Of a stretch of DNA of 64,000 bases, positions 61,601 to 64,000 are shown piece by piece (the first letter of the stretch is position 1; the number at the start of each line of letters is the position of its first letter). The stretch is from the human T2T-CHM13v2.0 reference genome, Homo sapiens: NCBI RefSeq assembly GCF_009914755.1, contig NC_060944.1. One strand, given 5' to 3'. Position numbers and translations under genes: made by a program. A model generated the notes under the pieces. The model made no database searches. It was not told where the DNA came from and saw nothing but the letters and a program-made list of their open reading frames with translations.

Positions 61601-64000
61601 TCCCCACTATAGGCCTCAAAGGCTCCAAATATCCACTTGTAGATTCTAAAAAAATAGTGTTTCAAAACTGCTGTATCAAAAGAAAGATTCAACTCTGTGA
61701 GATGGATGCACAGATCACAAAGAAGTTTCTCATAAAGCTTCTGTGTAGTTTTTATGTGAAGATATTTGTTTTTCCACAGCAGGCCCCAATGAACTCCAAA
61801 TATCCACTTGCAGATTCTATAAAAAGAGTGTTTCAAAACTGCTCAATCAACAGAGACATTCAACTCTGTGAGATGAATGCACACATCACAAAGAAGTTTC
61901 TCAGAATGCTTCTGTGCAGTTTTTGTGTGAAGATATTTCATTTTCCACAGTACGCCTCAAAGCGCTCCAAATATCCACTCGCAGGTTCTGTAAAAAGAGA
62001 GATTCAAAACTGGTGAATCAAAAGATAGGTTCAACACTGTGACTTCAGTGCACAACTCACAAAGGTGTTTATCAGAAATCTTCTGTACAGTTTTTATATG
62101 AAGATATCTCCTTCTCCAAAACACAACTCAAATCCCTACAAATATTCACTTCCAGATTCTACGGAATGATTGTCTCAAAACTACTAAATCAAAACAAAGG
62201 TTCAACTCTGTGATGAATGCACTCATCAGAAAGAAGGTTCTCTGAATGCTTCTGTGTAGTTTCTATTTGAAGATATTTCCTTTTCCACTCTAGGGCGAAA
62301 TAGGGCTCCAAATATTCACTTGCAGAATCTACAAAAAGAGAGATTCTAAACTGCTCAATCAACAGATACGTTCAACAATGTGAGTTGAATGCACACATCA
62401 CAAATAAGTTTCACAGAATGCTTCTGGGTAGTTTTTATTTGAAGAAATTTCCCTACCCAGCTCAGGCCTCAAGTCGCTCTAAATATCCACTTGCAGATCC
62501 TACAAAAAGAGTGTGTCAAAACTGCTCAATCAAAAGAAAGGTTCTACTCTGTGAGATGGATGCAAACATCAGAAAGTAGTTTCGCAGAATTCTTCTGCAT
62601 AGTTTTTATGTGAAGATATTTCCTTCTCCACTATAGGTCTCAAAAGGCTCCAAATATCCACTTGCAGATTCGAAAAAAAGACTGTTTCAAAACAGCTCAA
62701 TCCAAAGAAAGGTTCTACTCTGTGAGATGAATGAACACATCATAAAGTAGTTTCTCAGAATGCTTCTGCATAGTTTTTATGTGAAGATATTTCCTTCTCC
62801 ACTATAGGCCTCAAAAGCCTCCAAATATCCACTTGCGGATTCTAAAAAAAGAGTGCTTCTAAACTTCTGTACCAAAAGAAAGATTCAACACTGTGAGATG
62901 AATGCACAGATCACAAAGAAGTTCCTCAGAATGCTTCTGTGTAGTCTTTATGTGAAGATATTTGTTTTTCCACAGTAGTCCCCAATGAGCTCCAAATATC
63001 CACTTGCAGATTCTACAAAAAGAGTGTTTCAAAACTGCTCAATCAACAGAGACATTCAACTCTGTGAGATGAATGCACCCATCACAAAGAAGTTTCTCGG
63101 AATGCTTCTGTGTAGTTTTTGTGTGAAGACATTTCATTTTCCACAGTATGCCTCAAAGCGCTCCAAATATCCACTCTCAGATTCTGTAAAAAGAGAGATT
63201 CCAAACTGCTGAATCAAAAGATAGGTTCAACACTGTGACTTAGGTGCACAATTCACAAAGATGTTCCTCAGAAATCTTCTGTGTAGTTTTTATATGAAGA
63301 TATCTCCTCCTCCAAAACAGATCTCAAAGCCCTCCAAATATTCACTTCCAGATTGTACGGAAAGATTGTGTCAAAACTGCTAAATCAAAACAAAGGTTCA
63401 ACTCTGTGATGAATGCACTCATCAGAAAGAAGGTTCTCTGAATGCTTCTGTGTAGTTTCTATTTGAAGATATTTCCTTTTCCAATATAGGGCAAAATAGG
63501 GCCCCAAATATTCACTTGCAGATTCTACAAAAAGGGAGATTCTAAACTGCTCAATCAACAGATACCTTCAACAATGTGAGTTGAATGCACACATCGCAAA
63601 TAAGTTTCACAGAATGCTTCTGGGTAGTTTTTAGTTGAAGAAATTTCCCTTTCCACAATAGGCCTCAAATCACTCTAAATATCCACTTGCAGATTCTACA
63701 AAAAGAGTGTTTCAAAACTGCTCAATCCAAAGAAAGGTTGTACCCTGTGAGATGAATGCACGCATCACAAAGTAGTTTCTCAGAATGCTTCTGCATAGTT
63801 TTTATGTGAAGATATTTCCTTCTACACTGTAGGCCTGAAAAGGCTCCAAATATCCATTTACAGATTCTAAAAAAGAGTGTTTCAAAACTGCTATATCAAT
63901 AGAAACATCCAACTCTGTGAGATGAATGCACAGATCACAAAGAAGTTTTTCAGAATGCTTCTGTGTAGTTTTTATGTGAAGATATTTGATTTTCCACAGT
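49640..64000 (-). repeat. Homogeneous 18-monomer alpha satellite HOR array (~3074 bp), ~4.7 copies, running off the window
   Basis: Near-identical ORF translations recur at 50086, 53159, 56233, 59307 and 62385 (offsets 3073, 3074, 3074, 3078 = 18 x ~171). The private motif TTTCCCTACCCAGCTCAGGCCTCAAGTCG occurs once per unit. Confidence 0.96.

Overview
This window is primate pericentromeric repeat DNA, human if the AluYb8 call holds. I can support no genes: the ORF track consists of open frames in pentamer or alpha satellite plus broken L1 ORF2 pieces. From left to right: (1) 1-3375, divergent monomeric alpha satellite (reverse orientation) with a 5'-truncated L1PA; (2) ~3376-12610, a GGAAT/GGAGT HSat3-like block carrying 11 copies of a ~78-bp cassette with an Alu 3' end; (3) ~12608-38998, alpha satellite in the opposite orientation, mostly dimeric, with relic 4-, 9- and 11-mer duplications and two twin-primed L1s; (4) a near-symmetric fold-back junction at ~38990; (5) reverse-oriented alpha satellite with an AluYb8 and an AluY, grading through a ~6-monomer precursor zone into a homogeneous ~3074-bp 18-mer higher-order repeat (HOR) from ~49640 to the end. 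I saw no CENP-B boxes by eye. The most unusual observations are that the two independently inserted L1s share rare mutations including the same ORF2 stop codon, the amplified Alu-fragment/pentamer composite satellite, and the palindromic inversion junction. All consensus comparisons are from memory and by eye, not computed.
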